A DNA stretch of 64,000 bases from an uncultured bacterium (lineage in GTDB: Bacteria > Patescibacteriota > Minisyncoccia > Phycocordibacterales > UBA11359). Of the stretch, positions 42,201 through 47,836 are shown one piece after another. Position numbers and translations under genes: made by a program. Every line of letters starts with the position of its first letter. Position 1 is the stretch's first letter. Location of the stretch: contig CAIKZC010000010.1 of assembly GCA_903831815.1 (NCBI GenBank), forward strand, positions 162,474-226,473, written 5' to 3'. Under the pieces are notes generated by a model that was not told the DNA's origin, ran no database searches, and was given only the letters and a program-made list of their open reading frames with translations.

Positions 42201-42817
42201 GTGCAACGCCAGGTCCGCTCGCGCAAGTAAAAATCGTCGGATTTAATAATTTAACAATTCCGAATATTACCACGGCTTTGCTCATAACCAACGAAGGGAC
42301 GACAACTTACGAATACTCGTACAATTGGTGTGTGACCGATTCAGAATCAAATTCATGTGGAGGTGGAGATGATGTCTTTAATTCGACGGATTTAAAAAGG
42401 ATTGATCCGAAACAAGATTATAATACAGTTTTGGCTTCCATTGTGCCATCAGCCGGTAATTATTGGTTGCACGTAAAAGTAAAATACGGTTCGGAATATT
42501 CTGAAGCCATCCAGTCATTTAAGGCCGTTTCAGCATCGGTTCCACCTTCTGGAGGGGGTGGTGGAGGCGGCGGGGGAGGCGGCGGCAGCGTAGCCGCAGT
42601 TGACACTACTCTAAACACTGCTTGCGTTGGCGCCGATTTTAACTGTGACAGTAAAGTCAATTCGGTTGACTTCTCTATAATGTTGGCTTTTTGGAAAACT
42701 GCATTTCCGTTTAAAAATTCTCACGTTGATATTAACGGCGACAAGCAAGTCAATTCCGTGGACTTTTCGATCTTGCTCTATCAATGGGGCAAAAAGCCGA
42801 TTTTATTCAAAAAATAA
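27233..42817 (+). CDS. Giant (5194 aa) secreted adhesin-like protein: GLUG/polyglycine hybrid repeats, 13 FN3 domains, poly-Gly linker, C-terminal dockerin
   Basis: Signal peptide; GLUG-domain cap (DPFVI..YKLYGDIDA..FNGNFDGAGYTI); about 50 GGL(V/I)G units; FN3 PxAP..YYTVTS..GLTNG..YTFTVTATN x13; DFNCDSKVNSVDF / DINGDKQVNSVDF dockerin pair. Confidence 0.9.
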   Translation: MFVRFFHISKPVLISVSLFLICILPLKSLADDNIVVTDVSTSISDTSLISDIVESESISDVVTPTTIDTNPAEISTSTSTDTDTENDIATSTATSVTSSENSSTTTEATSTDSNVVVSTSTPNISEQLTSTGKLVTVSATDEQEAITPMINVPVRVAISEIFKVGQENKIKIKWQNNDGQDMQFTAIDEDGNGYIDHVEWIVPHLSTQTFDLIYISDALLLDTNKNPIEDIFDIVGTQDQNYKTINDGQYVRMTFETKLNNTRYISVFGKPHDASQSSSIEVYPVYTDAQGNTTEGNPIQTTFQIDHDGEYQIYLTDLQTPTDVFDLRAVGNIDIDYIVDTIGPPLNAFWVGGTGRWYADAAAHWATSTNGLTSAGNLPGPNTNVTFDSNSGSASSVVTIDATTSPINITSLTISTYTGTITQSASLIISGSYSQASAATFTSPNPASSTLSVGGNFSVTAGTFRRYTGMGITTDPFVIYDVYGLQGMKTGLSNSYKLYGDIDATNTALWNTIGSTTTGFVPVGTNTTSFNGNFDGAGYTIRNLYINSTTTNYVGLFGYATSTIQNVNLSNISITATSTFGTIGGNGNPGNASTSPTAGGTGSVGGVGANLYIGGLVGFGAGFISNVNVSGIISGFGGAGGKAGDGGKGGNTTSGATTAGAGGATVSDAVAIGGTVYIGGLVGYYQVGDITNANSTVSVIGIGGAGGAGGKSGDGGTNLGTGIGGAGGATVGVAGAGGAIYAGGLAGWVNAGSIITSSATGNVTATGGVGGTAGGAGVGGAGGGAAIGGNGGAGGTGGAGGASYAGGLVGYNFGNIEDGSFATGIVQSYGGISGAGTIGGYGGASATSTSGTAASGGNGGTGGAGAIAYAGGLVGQNAVGGIITGSTSPIYATGTTTAVGSAGKDGQNGGAGGDGSKGTAHTGGLGGNGVAGSIGGGAYAGGLVGLNSGIIISSNSNTGLVTVTGGAGGAGGTGGSGGLKGTSGTSGTGGTTGNGGSANSTSAYGGGLVGSNTGIIQNSSAQNSVSGLGGSGGKGGDGVAALTGFAGGVGATGGAGGILYIGGIAGGNTYLISSSSYLNGSVSGTAGAGGSAGVGGAGGNWAGGLAGTAGTATVGAAIYAGGAIGRNDYLVISNVYATGNVAGTSGAGGAGAKGGDGGTSLNGVVGSAGASGGVSYIGGLIGYHNNGEILNSWATGSVIANVGVAGNGGGGGNGGTGAASTVGGIGNTAGNGGAGGNAFGGGLVGVTNLGTITNSYATGSTTVTAGAGGVGGLGGTGGAGGSNAIGGAGGAGGAGGTGGAAYAGGLVGQNNAIIQSNSWASGSATSTGGIAGDAGAGGAGGTTTASTVNSGVAAAGASGGTGGTGGAAYAGGLVGNNTNTITDSYAIGGIIVAISTPGKNGGLSGVAGNGSAGGSSHTGAVGATGAAGGGGALAYAGGLVGQNSSTITNSHSDQGIAKATGNAAGNGADGGAGGVGGTGGNGGVGGVGGIGGAAVSIFAGGLVGYNVAGIIQSNSHSSDDAIVVGQGAGNAGNGGAGGTAAAGGVGGFYSAGGPGGAGGLVGSNTGIIDSSYATGNSTSTGGLGSSYGTGGNGGSGSTGATGGTFTLTSSPARTGGYAAVGGLVGLNNANGAIQGICYANGNAVGIGGNGGFASSSPNGGNSTGAVAGAAGIAGGAGGAGGGAYAGGLVGYNLSVISTSSYATGNASSTGGTGGAGGNGGNGGYGGSAGVAGVNAGNGGAGGTAYSGGIIGLNGTIGSSVITNEGTIGNANSTGIITAYGGTGNTGGSGGNGGNATSTAAYIGGGGGTGGTGGAGGTSAVGGAAGYSVGYVKDISYTVLGSNLNSLGGAAGNGGGGGYAGASGNISAGVGATAGNGGIGGAGGNTLLGGLVGYNDGYIINSNIHINGNLSASGRIGGNGGTGGNGGDATNGVGGHSGGVAGTGGTGGAGGTVGIGGLVGLANGIITNSHSDGDMIVVLAGGNGGIGGNGGIGGLSSTTMATAKNGTGGAGGTGGAAGYVYAGGLIGYNNTADTYFDNIYSNNNVIANGGVGGNGGSAATSTVGANGNTGGAGGIPNYLSAGGLIGSITAAGLSLTNSYATGNVNATAFAGGQGIIGSIGGNGTTTMLGGGGGIGGAGGTGGGVMGGGLVGYISGGMVYIGTSTYATGDVNITAGAAGAGGQGGDGGVGNGAPGGLGGTGGAGGTGGAAYGGGLIGYITSGEVIGAHANGNVVANGNRGGDSGNGGKGGDGGVGTVGGVGGTGTVGATGGAAYAGGLVGTNAGATIQNSYCITGLVTGIGGNAGNGGIGGNAGVTGNLTASTTAAGGVGGNGGVGGGTGVGGLVGYNTSVKAIINNSYATVNATTTGGTGGTGGAGGNGGDGSANGSTALTGGVGGVGGNGGAGGGAGGNAVQIGGLVGLNTLGTINNSFAQFGTMTAFGGLGGTSTIGGFGGVGTTTGLNGIAGIGGTGGAGGAIYAGGLVGYTTGVVQNSFSKTTLNITGGSGRDGTVGRDGVANRGSAGSGGGAGGASGLIYAGGLVGFTTSDIISSYASYDSGSGAGNISVTGGTPGNGAKGGDGGLGLTNGGPGGNGAVAGGGKGGDAGGAFVGGLLGYSSAAGIVSSSSADTITILGNEQKGGKGGDGGKGGNGTVNFIGGLGGIAGAGGAGGIRGYGGLVGDNLGVIQNSSSSISILLYGGNGGDGGIGGAGGASGPTTSSSTAATGGAGGAGGAGAATYGGGLIGRTAGTFQISDSFALGDVNIFGGTGGVGGTGGDGGDGSTGTSTHVGSVGALGGAAGVGGAAYSGGLVGFNNSSTGVANFFNDFAIGDAFATGGNAGSAGTSGKGGASRITQNGGAGGGAVTAVAGGAAYAGGLIGYNLITTGISDILNSYAAGIASSTGGIGSLGSNGGNGTSAVATSTGGVGGAGGAGGAGGAGGEADAGGLVGYSSVTTGGNNYFNTYSTSIIVSALGGKSGNGGSAGRSGTGGVGAAGGNTGASGASGNGGAAYAGGLIGNTSSSANNDLDIDTSYSTANAYATGGASGDGAPGVVGGTGGTTSKGGLGGNGGGTGNGGVSAAGGLVASSTAIIEDGSYATGNASSTGGVVGIAGIGGAGGPTGTSTNGGTAATGGNGGIAGNAGAAYAGGLVASNSSIGIILNSYSTGSVNAVSQNGGDGGNGGTGGDGSNGISGHSGGLGGNGGASGAGGTVYAGGFVGNNVNSANIISTCNSTGLTVTGVAGNGGTGGKGGGGGVPGIVSGLNGGAGGLGATSITGGSLYLGGFVGYNDGIILNSYSISNATGTAGTGGTGGAGGNGVKGYTGTGGTGGAGGLAGVAGAGGIAYGGGFAGYNNTNRLIRDSYSTGTLTITGGNGGTGGVGGSGGNGGNGNSGWPGGTGGNAATSTAGIIGGITYGGGLIGLNYGGTIVSDYSLGTVIVRGSNGGASGAGGKGGDGGDSTSAGYSGGNGGIAGATVSAGNAGDVYAGGLIGAFNFVGALIQSSWSSGNVYAFGGNGGLADLAGVAGTGGVGGAGAAGGNGGASTGGATGGSGGSTNAGGLVGLGYGGNASYATGNVVAIGGNGAYGATGGKGGNGGKGGSGTGGNGGNGNTGGIGGAAGKGGDVNAGGFIGFDSSNPSNIYSLGNISSTAGLAGIGGNGGAGGNAGAAGSASSTAGVNGNGGNGGDGKANGTNYAGGLVGFVFGGYTITNSYSRGTVFASTTITGSVGGSVGAAGTGGSGGSSGSLTGATGGSASSVVGGMAGYGSGTFFYTSYWDTNTSGTTTATGNGSSSGMNGTTTANMMKKATFSGWDFTSLVWNIAEASTYPYFDYQTVPVAPTNVVAVRGDRSATITFTPPANTGSAILYYTATSNDARVATSSTASITFTGLTNGAYYTFTVTATNMIGTSSPSATSNSVKPAAVPAAPTITSITGGIGSATITFSTTTSNGSDILYYTITSTDGLHTITSGNSPVTIGGLTNGATYMFTVTATNDVGTSSISGTSDPVTPARAPDAPSIISVTRGDGNVTVTFSTTTFNGGSNILYYTVTSNDGHTAVGGDSPLTVLYLNDGTPYTFTVTATNNVGTSSPSATSDSITPARVPDAPSIISVTRGDGNVTITFSTTTYNGGSNISYYSITSSDGQITTGGTSPIIFRNLNNGTPYTFTITATNDVGTSTSVGVSDTVIPARVPDATIIGSATRGVNEATINFSTTTYNGGLSILYYTVTTNDGLISVSGGTSPLTIKGLTNGVNYTFTVTATNAVGTSSASFASNGVTPADVPAAPTITSIFGGINRATITFSTTTSNGSTILYYTVTSNDGLHTITSGNSPVTFNDLTNGTTYTFTVTATNGVGTSSSSSVSDPIMPAGVPDAPINVFATRDDGKALITFTKQNDNGSTTLYYTATSNDGSKFGTSTSNSILVTGLANGTIYFFTVTATNGVGTSSISTASNFVIPATTPNSPLIGSVIRGNGEATINFSYPNDNGSTILYYTVTSNDGLHIATGGASPLVVTGLTNGATYTFTVTATNDVGTSSPSGTSDSVTPATTASAPTNITATGGTHEATIYFTPTLPANNGGSNIIHYTVTSNDGLHSATGGTSPITVFGLTDGVTYTFTVTATNDVGTSSPSATSNSVVPADVPDAPTYVNAIGGNGEATITFTYPNNNGSVITYYTVTSNDGLHTATGGASPITITGLSNNTTYTFTVTATNAAGTSTPSGTSNSVVPSAVPDAPSNVVAVRGRGEATISFTYPNNNGSIITYYTVTSNDGQTATGGTSPITVKGLTNGLNYTFTVTATNANGTSSASISSDAVMPATYPNAPGNLAATLGNGSANLTWSAPFNGGSAITLYTVTSNTGGHTATTTGTSVTVYGLTNGMPYTFTVTASNDMGMSTSSNTSNSVIPANVPGAPGNLTTLVLDSSISLSWSAPTSTGGSDVTDYIVQYKLTNNGTWSAFDDGVGTNLVTTVTNLSNNSSYDFRILAKNAAGQSFPSNIASATPGPLAQVKIVGFNNLTIPNITTALLITNEGTTTYEYSYNWCVTDSESNSCGGGDDVFNSTDLKRIDPKQDYNTVLASIVPSAGNYWLHVKVKYGSEYSEAIQSFKAVSASVPPSGGGGGGGGGGGGSVAAVDTTLNTACVGADFNCDSKVNSVDFSIMLAFWKTAFPFKNSHVDINGDKQVNSVDFSILLYQWGKKPILFKK
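28950..38520 (+). repeat. About 50 units of about 65 aa (GLUG rung plus GGxGGxGG tract)
   Basis: Manual count of about 49 (Y/F)xGG(L/I/F)(V/I/A)G cores, each separated by Gly-rich tracts. Confidence 0.85.
38720..42215 (+). repeat. 13 tandem fibronectin type III domains
   Basis: Units of about 89 aa; units 3 and 4 begin with near-identical DNA (about 39253 and about 39520). Confidence 0.9.
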
Positions 42818-42823
42818 TTACCT

Positions 42824-43702
42824 ATGAACAGACCTAAAATATTAACGCTATACTTTGCCGTCGGATTCGTAGGATTATTTCTGTTTTTTGCTCCGCAAAA
42901 TTTGTTTGCAGCACAATTAATTTTAAAAAATGTTACAAATACCGTGGCCGGGGACGGAACAACGATCATTGAAGCCCGCATTGACCCACAATCGGAAAGG
43001 TTGAATGTCGTTGAAGGTGCGATTAATTTTCAGGGAGCCATTACTGACAAACTTTCGGTCGCAGTTGAAACGGGTGGATCAGTCTTAACAATTTGGCCGA
43101 CAGTGCCAAAATTTCTTTCAAATGAAAAGAGTATTCGTTTTGTTGGCGGTGTTCCTGGAGGTTTTGATCATGAAGGATTACTTTTTCGCATTCGACTTTT
43201 TGCGACCGTATCGGGCGATATCACAATCTCATTGCCCCAAGGTGCTGTTTATTTAAATGACGGAAAAGGAACTAAAGAACCCGTTTCTGTGCAATCTGTA
43301 ATTTTGCATCTTGATAAGCAAGATCCAAACACGATTAGTACATCATCGCCGGATAATATTCCGCCGTATTTTGATTCGGTTGAAATTGGGCAAGACCCTA
43401 ACAGTTATGACGGTAAGTCTTTTGTCAGTTTTCATGCGACTGATGATATTTCCGGTGTCGCACGATATGAGGTTACCGAAGGATCATCAACAACGGAAAT
43501 TACAGACGGTGTTTATGTGTTTAAAGATCAGGATCGCAAGGTTCCCGTGCTTATTACCGCTTATGATCAGGTTGGCAACAGTCAGACAACGGAAATTCCT
43601 GCTAGATTTAATAAGACAAAAGATGTTATACTGGTATTAATATTCGTTGTCATTTTATTAGCTGTTCTTCTTTATGGATTTAAAAAGATTATTAAAAAAT
43701 AA
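42824..43702 (+). CDS. Cohesin-like domain protein with C-terminal TM anchor
   Basis: Signal peptide; RIDPQSERLNVVEGAINF..SVLTIWP..FVGGVPGGF..YLNDGKGT; C-terminal ILVLIFVVILLAVLLYGFKK. Confidence 0.75.
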   Translation: MNRPKILTLYFAVGFVGLFLFFAPQNLFAAQLILKNVTNTVAGDGTTIIEARIDPQSERLNVVEGAINFQGAITDKLSVAVETGGSVLTIWPTVPKFLSNEKSIRFVGGVPGGFDHEGLLFRIRLFATVSGDITISLPQGAVYLNDGKGTKEPVSVQSVILHLDKQDPNTISTSSPDNIPPYFDSVEIGQDPNSYDGKSFVSFHATDDISGVARYEVTEGSSTTEITDGVYVFKDQDRKVPVLITAYDQVGNSQTTEIPARFNKTKDVILVLIFVVILLAVLLYGFKKIIKK

Positions 43703-45386
43703 ATTAGCATACGGCATCGCTGTATTTGCGGTTAGTTTATTCTTTTTTGGTTGCCAAATTGCCAGTGCCGCAACAATGCAGATCAATTCCGGTTCTGCAA
43801 CTCTATCGCCTGGTGATACGGCGACATTATATGTTGTGTTAAATTCCGAAGGGGTTGCCATAAATAATGCCGAAGCTACCATAAAATTTCCGACCAATTT
43901 GTTTAGTGTTGTTTCGATAAATAAAGCCAATTCAATCTTTTCCTTGTGGGTGGAAGACCCGAGTTTTTCGAATTCTTCCGGGGTGATCAATTTTGATGGC
44001 GGTGTGCCAACACCCGGTTTTAATGGTACTCAAGGTCCGGTCATTGCGATTGTTGTAAGAGCCAAAGCTGTAGGTCAGGCTAATTTTTCTTTTACCAATG
44101 CGGCCGTTCGAGCCAATGATGGATTAGGGACTGATGTTTTGAGCAATAAGCAGGGGAAGACGCTAAATGTTGTGGAAGTAGCCCAGCCGGCGGATGTTGT
44201 GGCACCGACACCAACGGTGACTACTTCAAATCTCGCTTTGCAAATATCTTCTTTGACTCATCCAAATCAAGATCAGTGGTATAGGGATAATAATCCAATA
44301 TTCCAGTGGACTGTGCCGGATGGTTCGGATACAGTTAAGACAACCGTCGACAACAATACTTCGGGCACGCCTCATGTATCTTACAGTCCGGCGATTAGCA
44401 AAAAAGCGGTCAAAGATTTGGCTGATGGCGTTTGGTATTTTAAAGTTCGCGCTCACAAGGGCGATGTTTGGGGACCAATCAGCACTTATATAGTTAGAGT
44501 CGATAATACGTCTCCGGAAAAAGGCAACGTTGTCTTTTCTTATAACGATAACAGCAAGATCTTAAATATTAGTAGTGATATTCAGGATGTCACGTCCGGA
44601 ATCGATCATTATGAAATTTACATTAATGACGTATTGATTAAAACTGTTCCCGCAATAGAATTTGTTAACGGAAATTATAGTTTAGCTTTTAATGCATCTG
44701 GAGACAGTACGGTAAAATTGGTGGCAATCGACCGTGCTGGCAATAGTCTTGAAACGTTAGGATCATTCAGTGCTTCCTCTACGGCTACGCTGTCACTGCA
44801 ATCGATTCCGTCATCGGTGTCTGTCGATGAACAGTTGCTAATTCGCGGCTTGAGTCAAAATCCGAACACTGATGTAACCGTCAATGTTAAAAATGATAAT
44901 AATGAACCAATTGTATTACAGACGAAATCAAATTCCGATTCCAGTTTCTTTGTTCTGACACCAAAATTAAAATCCGGCGATTATAATATTTGGGCAGAAA
45001 CAGGTTCCGGAGACAATAAAGTTTCATCTCAACATATTTTCACGAAGACAACATCGCAGATGTTGGTTACCATAGGATCGTTCACTATAACCATGTTTAA
45101 TTTTGTTATGGTAATTCTCTTGGTTGCACTAATTTTGATTGTAGGCGCGTATATCTTAGGACGTCGTAACAGTAGGTATTCGCGAAGTCTGAATATTCGC
45201 AAAGCGTTACTCAAAGGGGACGATTCCAAAATACTTATAATGCTGAAAAAACGTCTCGAAAAACATTTGGAAATTATTCAGCATACCCGACACAACAGAG
45301 TTCTAACTAAAGAAGAAAAAGAAATCAAAGAAGCTATAGAAGGCGATTTGGACGAAGTCGATAAAGCTATGTCAGGTCAAAAATAA
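43674..45386 (+). CDS. Cohesin-like domain protein with Ig-like stalk, TM anchor and cytoplasmic helical tail
   Basis: GDTATLYVVLNS..INNAEATIKFP..SIFSLWVEDP..FDGGVPTPGF..VRANDGLGT; SSLTHPNQDQWY; TM FVMVILLVALILIVGAYIL. Confidence 0.8.
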   Translation: MDLKRLLKNKLAYGIAVFAVSLFFFGCQIASAATMQINSGSATLSPGDTATLYVVLNSEGVAINNAEATIKFPTNLFSVVSINKANSIFSLWVEDPSFSNSSGVINFDGGVPTPGFNGTQGPVIAIVVRAKAVGQANFSFTNAAVRANDGLGTDVLSNKQGKTLNVVEVAQPADVVAPTPTVTTSNLALQISSLTHPNQDQWYRDNNPIFQWTVPDGSDTVKTTVDNNTSGTPHVSYSPAISKKAVKDLADGVWYFKVRAHKGDVWGPISTYIVRVDNTSPEKGNVVFSYNDNSKILNISSDIQDVTSGIDHYEIYINDVLIKTVPAIEFVNGNYSLAFNASGDSTVKLVAIDRAGNSLETLGSFSASSTATLSLQSIPSSVSVDEQLLIRGLSQNPNTDVTVNVKNDNNEPIVLQTKSNSDSSFFVLTPKLKSGDYNIWAETGSGDNKVSSQHIFTKTTSQMLVTIGSFTITMFNFVMVILLVALILIVGAYILGRRNSRYSRSLNIRKALLKGDDSKILIMLKKRLEKHLEIIQHTRHNRVLTKEEKEIKEAIEGDLDEVDKAMSGQK

Positions 45387-45427
45387 TCTCGTTTTACTTT
45401 TAGTCGATTTTTCGCTATCTTTACAAG

Positions 45428-46525
45428 ATGTCATTATCCATTGGAATTGTCGGACTCCCAAACGTCGGTAAATCGACGCTTTTTAACGCACTGACACGCA
45501 AAAGCGTGCTGGCGGCTAACTATCCTTTTGCCACCATTGACCCGTCTGTGGGCGTTGTGGCCGTGCCTGATGAGCGTTTGTGGAAACTTAGCACTTTTTC
45601 CAAGTCGGCTAAAACTATTCCGGCCGCAATCGAGTTCGTGGATATTGCCGGTCTTGTTAAAGGTGCCTCGGAAGGCGAGGGACTTGGTAATCAATTTTTG
45701 ACCAACATTCGCGAGACTGACGCTATTGCGCAAGTTGTGCGTATTTTTGAAGATGAAAATATTATTCATGTCACCAACAAGATTGATCCTCTTGGTGACA
45801 TTGAAACGATTAACCTCGAGCTCATAATGGCTGATTTACAGACTGTCACCAAGCGTTTGCAAAATGTGGGACGCGATGTGAAGCGGGGCGATAAAACGGC
45901 AGTGATCGAGAATGATTTGCTGACGCGAGTAGATACTGCTTTGAAAGCCGGAAAACTGGCTTCAACTATTGTGCCGAACGAATTTGAATTACCGCTTTTG
46001 AAATCTTTGCATTTACTGACCTCAAAACCGATTTTGTATGTGCTCAACAAAAAAGCCGGTGGTAAAAATTTGGATCAAGTAAAAGATGAACGCTGGACCA
46101 AACTCATGCAATTTATGAAAGAAACCAATTCTTCATATGTTGTTGTGGATGCGCGAATTGAGGAAGAATTAAAGGATTTGGAATCGGCCGACAAAGTGGC
46201 TTTTCGGGCGGAGCTTGGCGGAGATGATGATGGCGTAAACAGTTTGATCCGCACCAGTTACGATATGCTCGGTTTGATCATGTATTTTACGACAGGGGAG
46301 GACGAGACTCGAGCTTGGACTATTCATCGCGGTTGGACTGCCCCGGAGGCAGGCACGGCTATTCACGGTGACTTTAAGGAAAAATTTGTGCGCGCCGAAG
46401 TCATTGAGTGGGATAAACTGCTCGGTGCCGGCTCCTACGTCGCCGCTCGCGACCGCGGTCTCGTCCGTACCGAAGGTAAGGAATACATCGTCAAAGACGG
46501 TGATGTGATTGAGTTTAAGATTTAG
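45428..46525 (+). CDS. ychF: Redox-regulated ATPase YchF
   Basis: GIVGLPNVGKSTLFNALT, ANYPFATIDP, DIAGLVKGASEGEGLGNQFL, EGKEYIVKDGDV. Confidence 0.97.
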   Translation: MSLSIGIVGLPNVGKSTLFNALTRKSVLAANYPFATIDPSVGVVAVPDERLWKLSTFSKSAKTIPAAIEFVDIAGLVKGASEGEGLGNQFLTNIRETDAIAQVVRIFEDENIIHVTNKIDPLGDIETINLELIMADLQTVTKRLQNVGRDVKRGDKTAVIENDLLTRVDTALKAGKLASTIVPNEFELPLLKSLHLLTSKPILYVLNKKAGGKNLDQVKDERWTKLMQFMKETNSSYVVVDARIEEELKDLESADKVAFRAELGGDDDGVNSLIRTSYDMLGLIMYFTTGEDETRAWTIHRGWTAPEAGTAIHGDFKEKFVRAEVIEWDKLLGAGSYVAARDRGLVRTEGKEYIVKDGDVIEFKI

Positions 46526-46529
46526 ACAC

Positions 46530-46558
46530 TTGACGACAATTAAGAAAAATGCTATTAT
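46530..46558 (+). promoter_or_regulatory. Sigma70 promoter of orphan 46632
   Basis: TTGACG 46530-46535, 17-nt spacer, TG-c-TATTAT ending at 46558. Confidence 0.65.
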
Positions 46559-46631
46559 ACGGTTAGTGAGTTGTAGTCGTATCCTTTAGATCTTTTTAGT
46601 GTCTTTGCCTATACGGTAGAAGGGAAAAATT

Positions 46632-46889
46632 ATGTTAGCTACCAGTCATGGTCCAAGTCCGCTTAGGGACTTGTGGGTTAGGGCACCCGGAGATCAGGGT
46701 GCCTACTACGAGAATAGGGAAACCCTCGGAGTGCGAAGCCTCTTTCATTGGCATTGCGGAAGCATGATGAATCGGGTCGTTGAGTTCCAGCGGGATGACA
46801 CTGGCGCGATTATCAGCCGGAAATGCAATAGTTGGATTTGCCCCGTCTGCAAGGTTCGGTATTATCGCACCGATCAGTATTGCGAATAG
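46632..46889 (+). CDS. Hypothetical zinc-ribbon-like protein
   Basis: HWHCG...WICPVCK; AAGGGA SD; terminator CCCCATC..GATGGGG-TTTTT at about 46919-46955. Confidence 0.55.
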   Translation: MLATSHGPSPLRDLWVRAPGDQGAYYENRETLGVRSLFHWHCGSMMNRVVEFQRDDTGAIISRKCNSWICPVCKVRYYRTDQYCE

Positions 46890-47281
46890 TGGTGAAATAT
46901 CCGCTACGGGATAAATGGCCCCATCAATCAGTGAAAGCTGGCGGATGGGGTTTTTGTTTTGTGCTATTTTCTAAAAGTTTAAATTTAAAAAAAAGACGCC
47001 ATCGACACATTGCTCCTGCAATGCAACGTGACGTCTCTGGTTCGCCATGGTGGTCACATAGACCCCATGGCTAGGAAGTGGACAGGTAGCGCATGGATCC
47101 TCCTTTCCGGAACATGGACCAATGGTGTCCGAAGGTGCAAGAGCAACTCAAGCACTTTACTTATTCCGCTTAATAAATTAACATAATATTTTTGAAAATG
47201 AAAGTTGTTAAGGAGTTTCATTTATAGGCTTTTTTGTGTTATAATACAGCGATTATCAACTAGTCGTAGTTTTTATTTACT

Positions 47282-47836
47282 ATGAAGAAAAATCTACCCC
47301 TTATAATTGGTTTGGCGATACCGGTTCTCATGATCATTGTTGTCGTTATCGCGGTTTATGTACCAAACATGTTTGCTCATCCGACATACGGTTTTGTTTT
47401 TTCCGTTGGTGATTATCCATATAACTACGGCAAACATTATTCCGTTGTTAACGGTGTTATCGTGGAAACGAATACTCCTAATCCGATAGTAAAGACACAG
47501 AACGGTGTTACTTATCCTGAAAATACAACTCCGGTAAATCTGTTCGTTTACGATCCGATAACAGACAATGTGCGCCAAATCACCTTAGCCGACGCCCAGA
47601 AATTAAAGGTTGATATTTCTCCAAAATCTCCCGATGGATATGTGTTGGATCGAGGTAATAATAATGTCGGTATTTTTGAAATTTTTGGTTCCAATCGAGA
47701 TTACAATGCCTGGTATTTGAGAAAAGGCGTAGTCAGCAAAAGAATATATTTAACCGCTCTTGATAATAGTTATTATTACAATAATTATAGTCAATTTTTG
47801 GGTTGGATAATTAATGGAGGCGTTAACAGTAAATAA
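47282..47836 (+). CDS. Membrane-anchored hypothetical protein
   Basis: N-terminal TM LIIGLAIPVLMIIVVVIAVY; ends QFLGWI. Confidence 0.75.
   Translation: MKKNLPLIIGLAIPVLMIIVVVIAVYVPNMFAHPTYGFVFSVGDYPYNYGKHYSVVNGVIVETNTPNPIVKTQNGVTYPENTTPVNLFVYDPITDNVRQITLADAQKLKVDISPKSPDGYVLDRGNNNVGIFEIFGSNRDYNAWYLRKGVVSKRIYLTALDNSYYYNNYSQFLGWIINGGVNSK

Noticed and set aside
28924-42660. Many Pro-rich minus-strand and alternative-frame ORFs
   Set aside because: They are artefacts of GGN codon runs in the giant gene.
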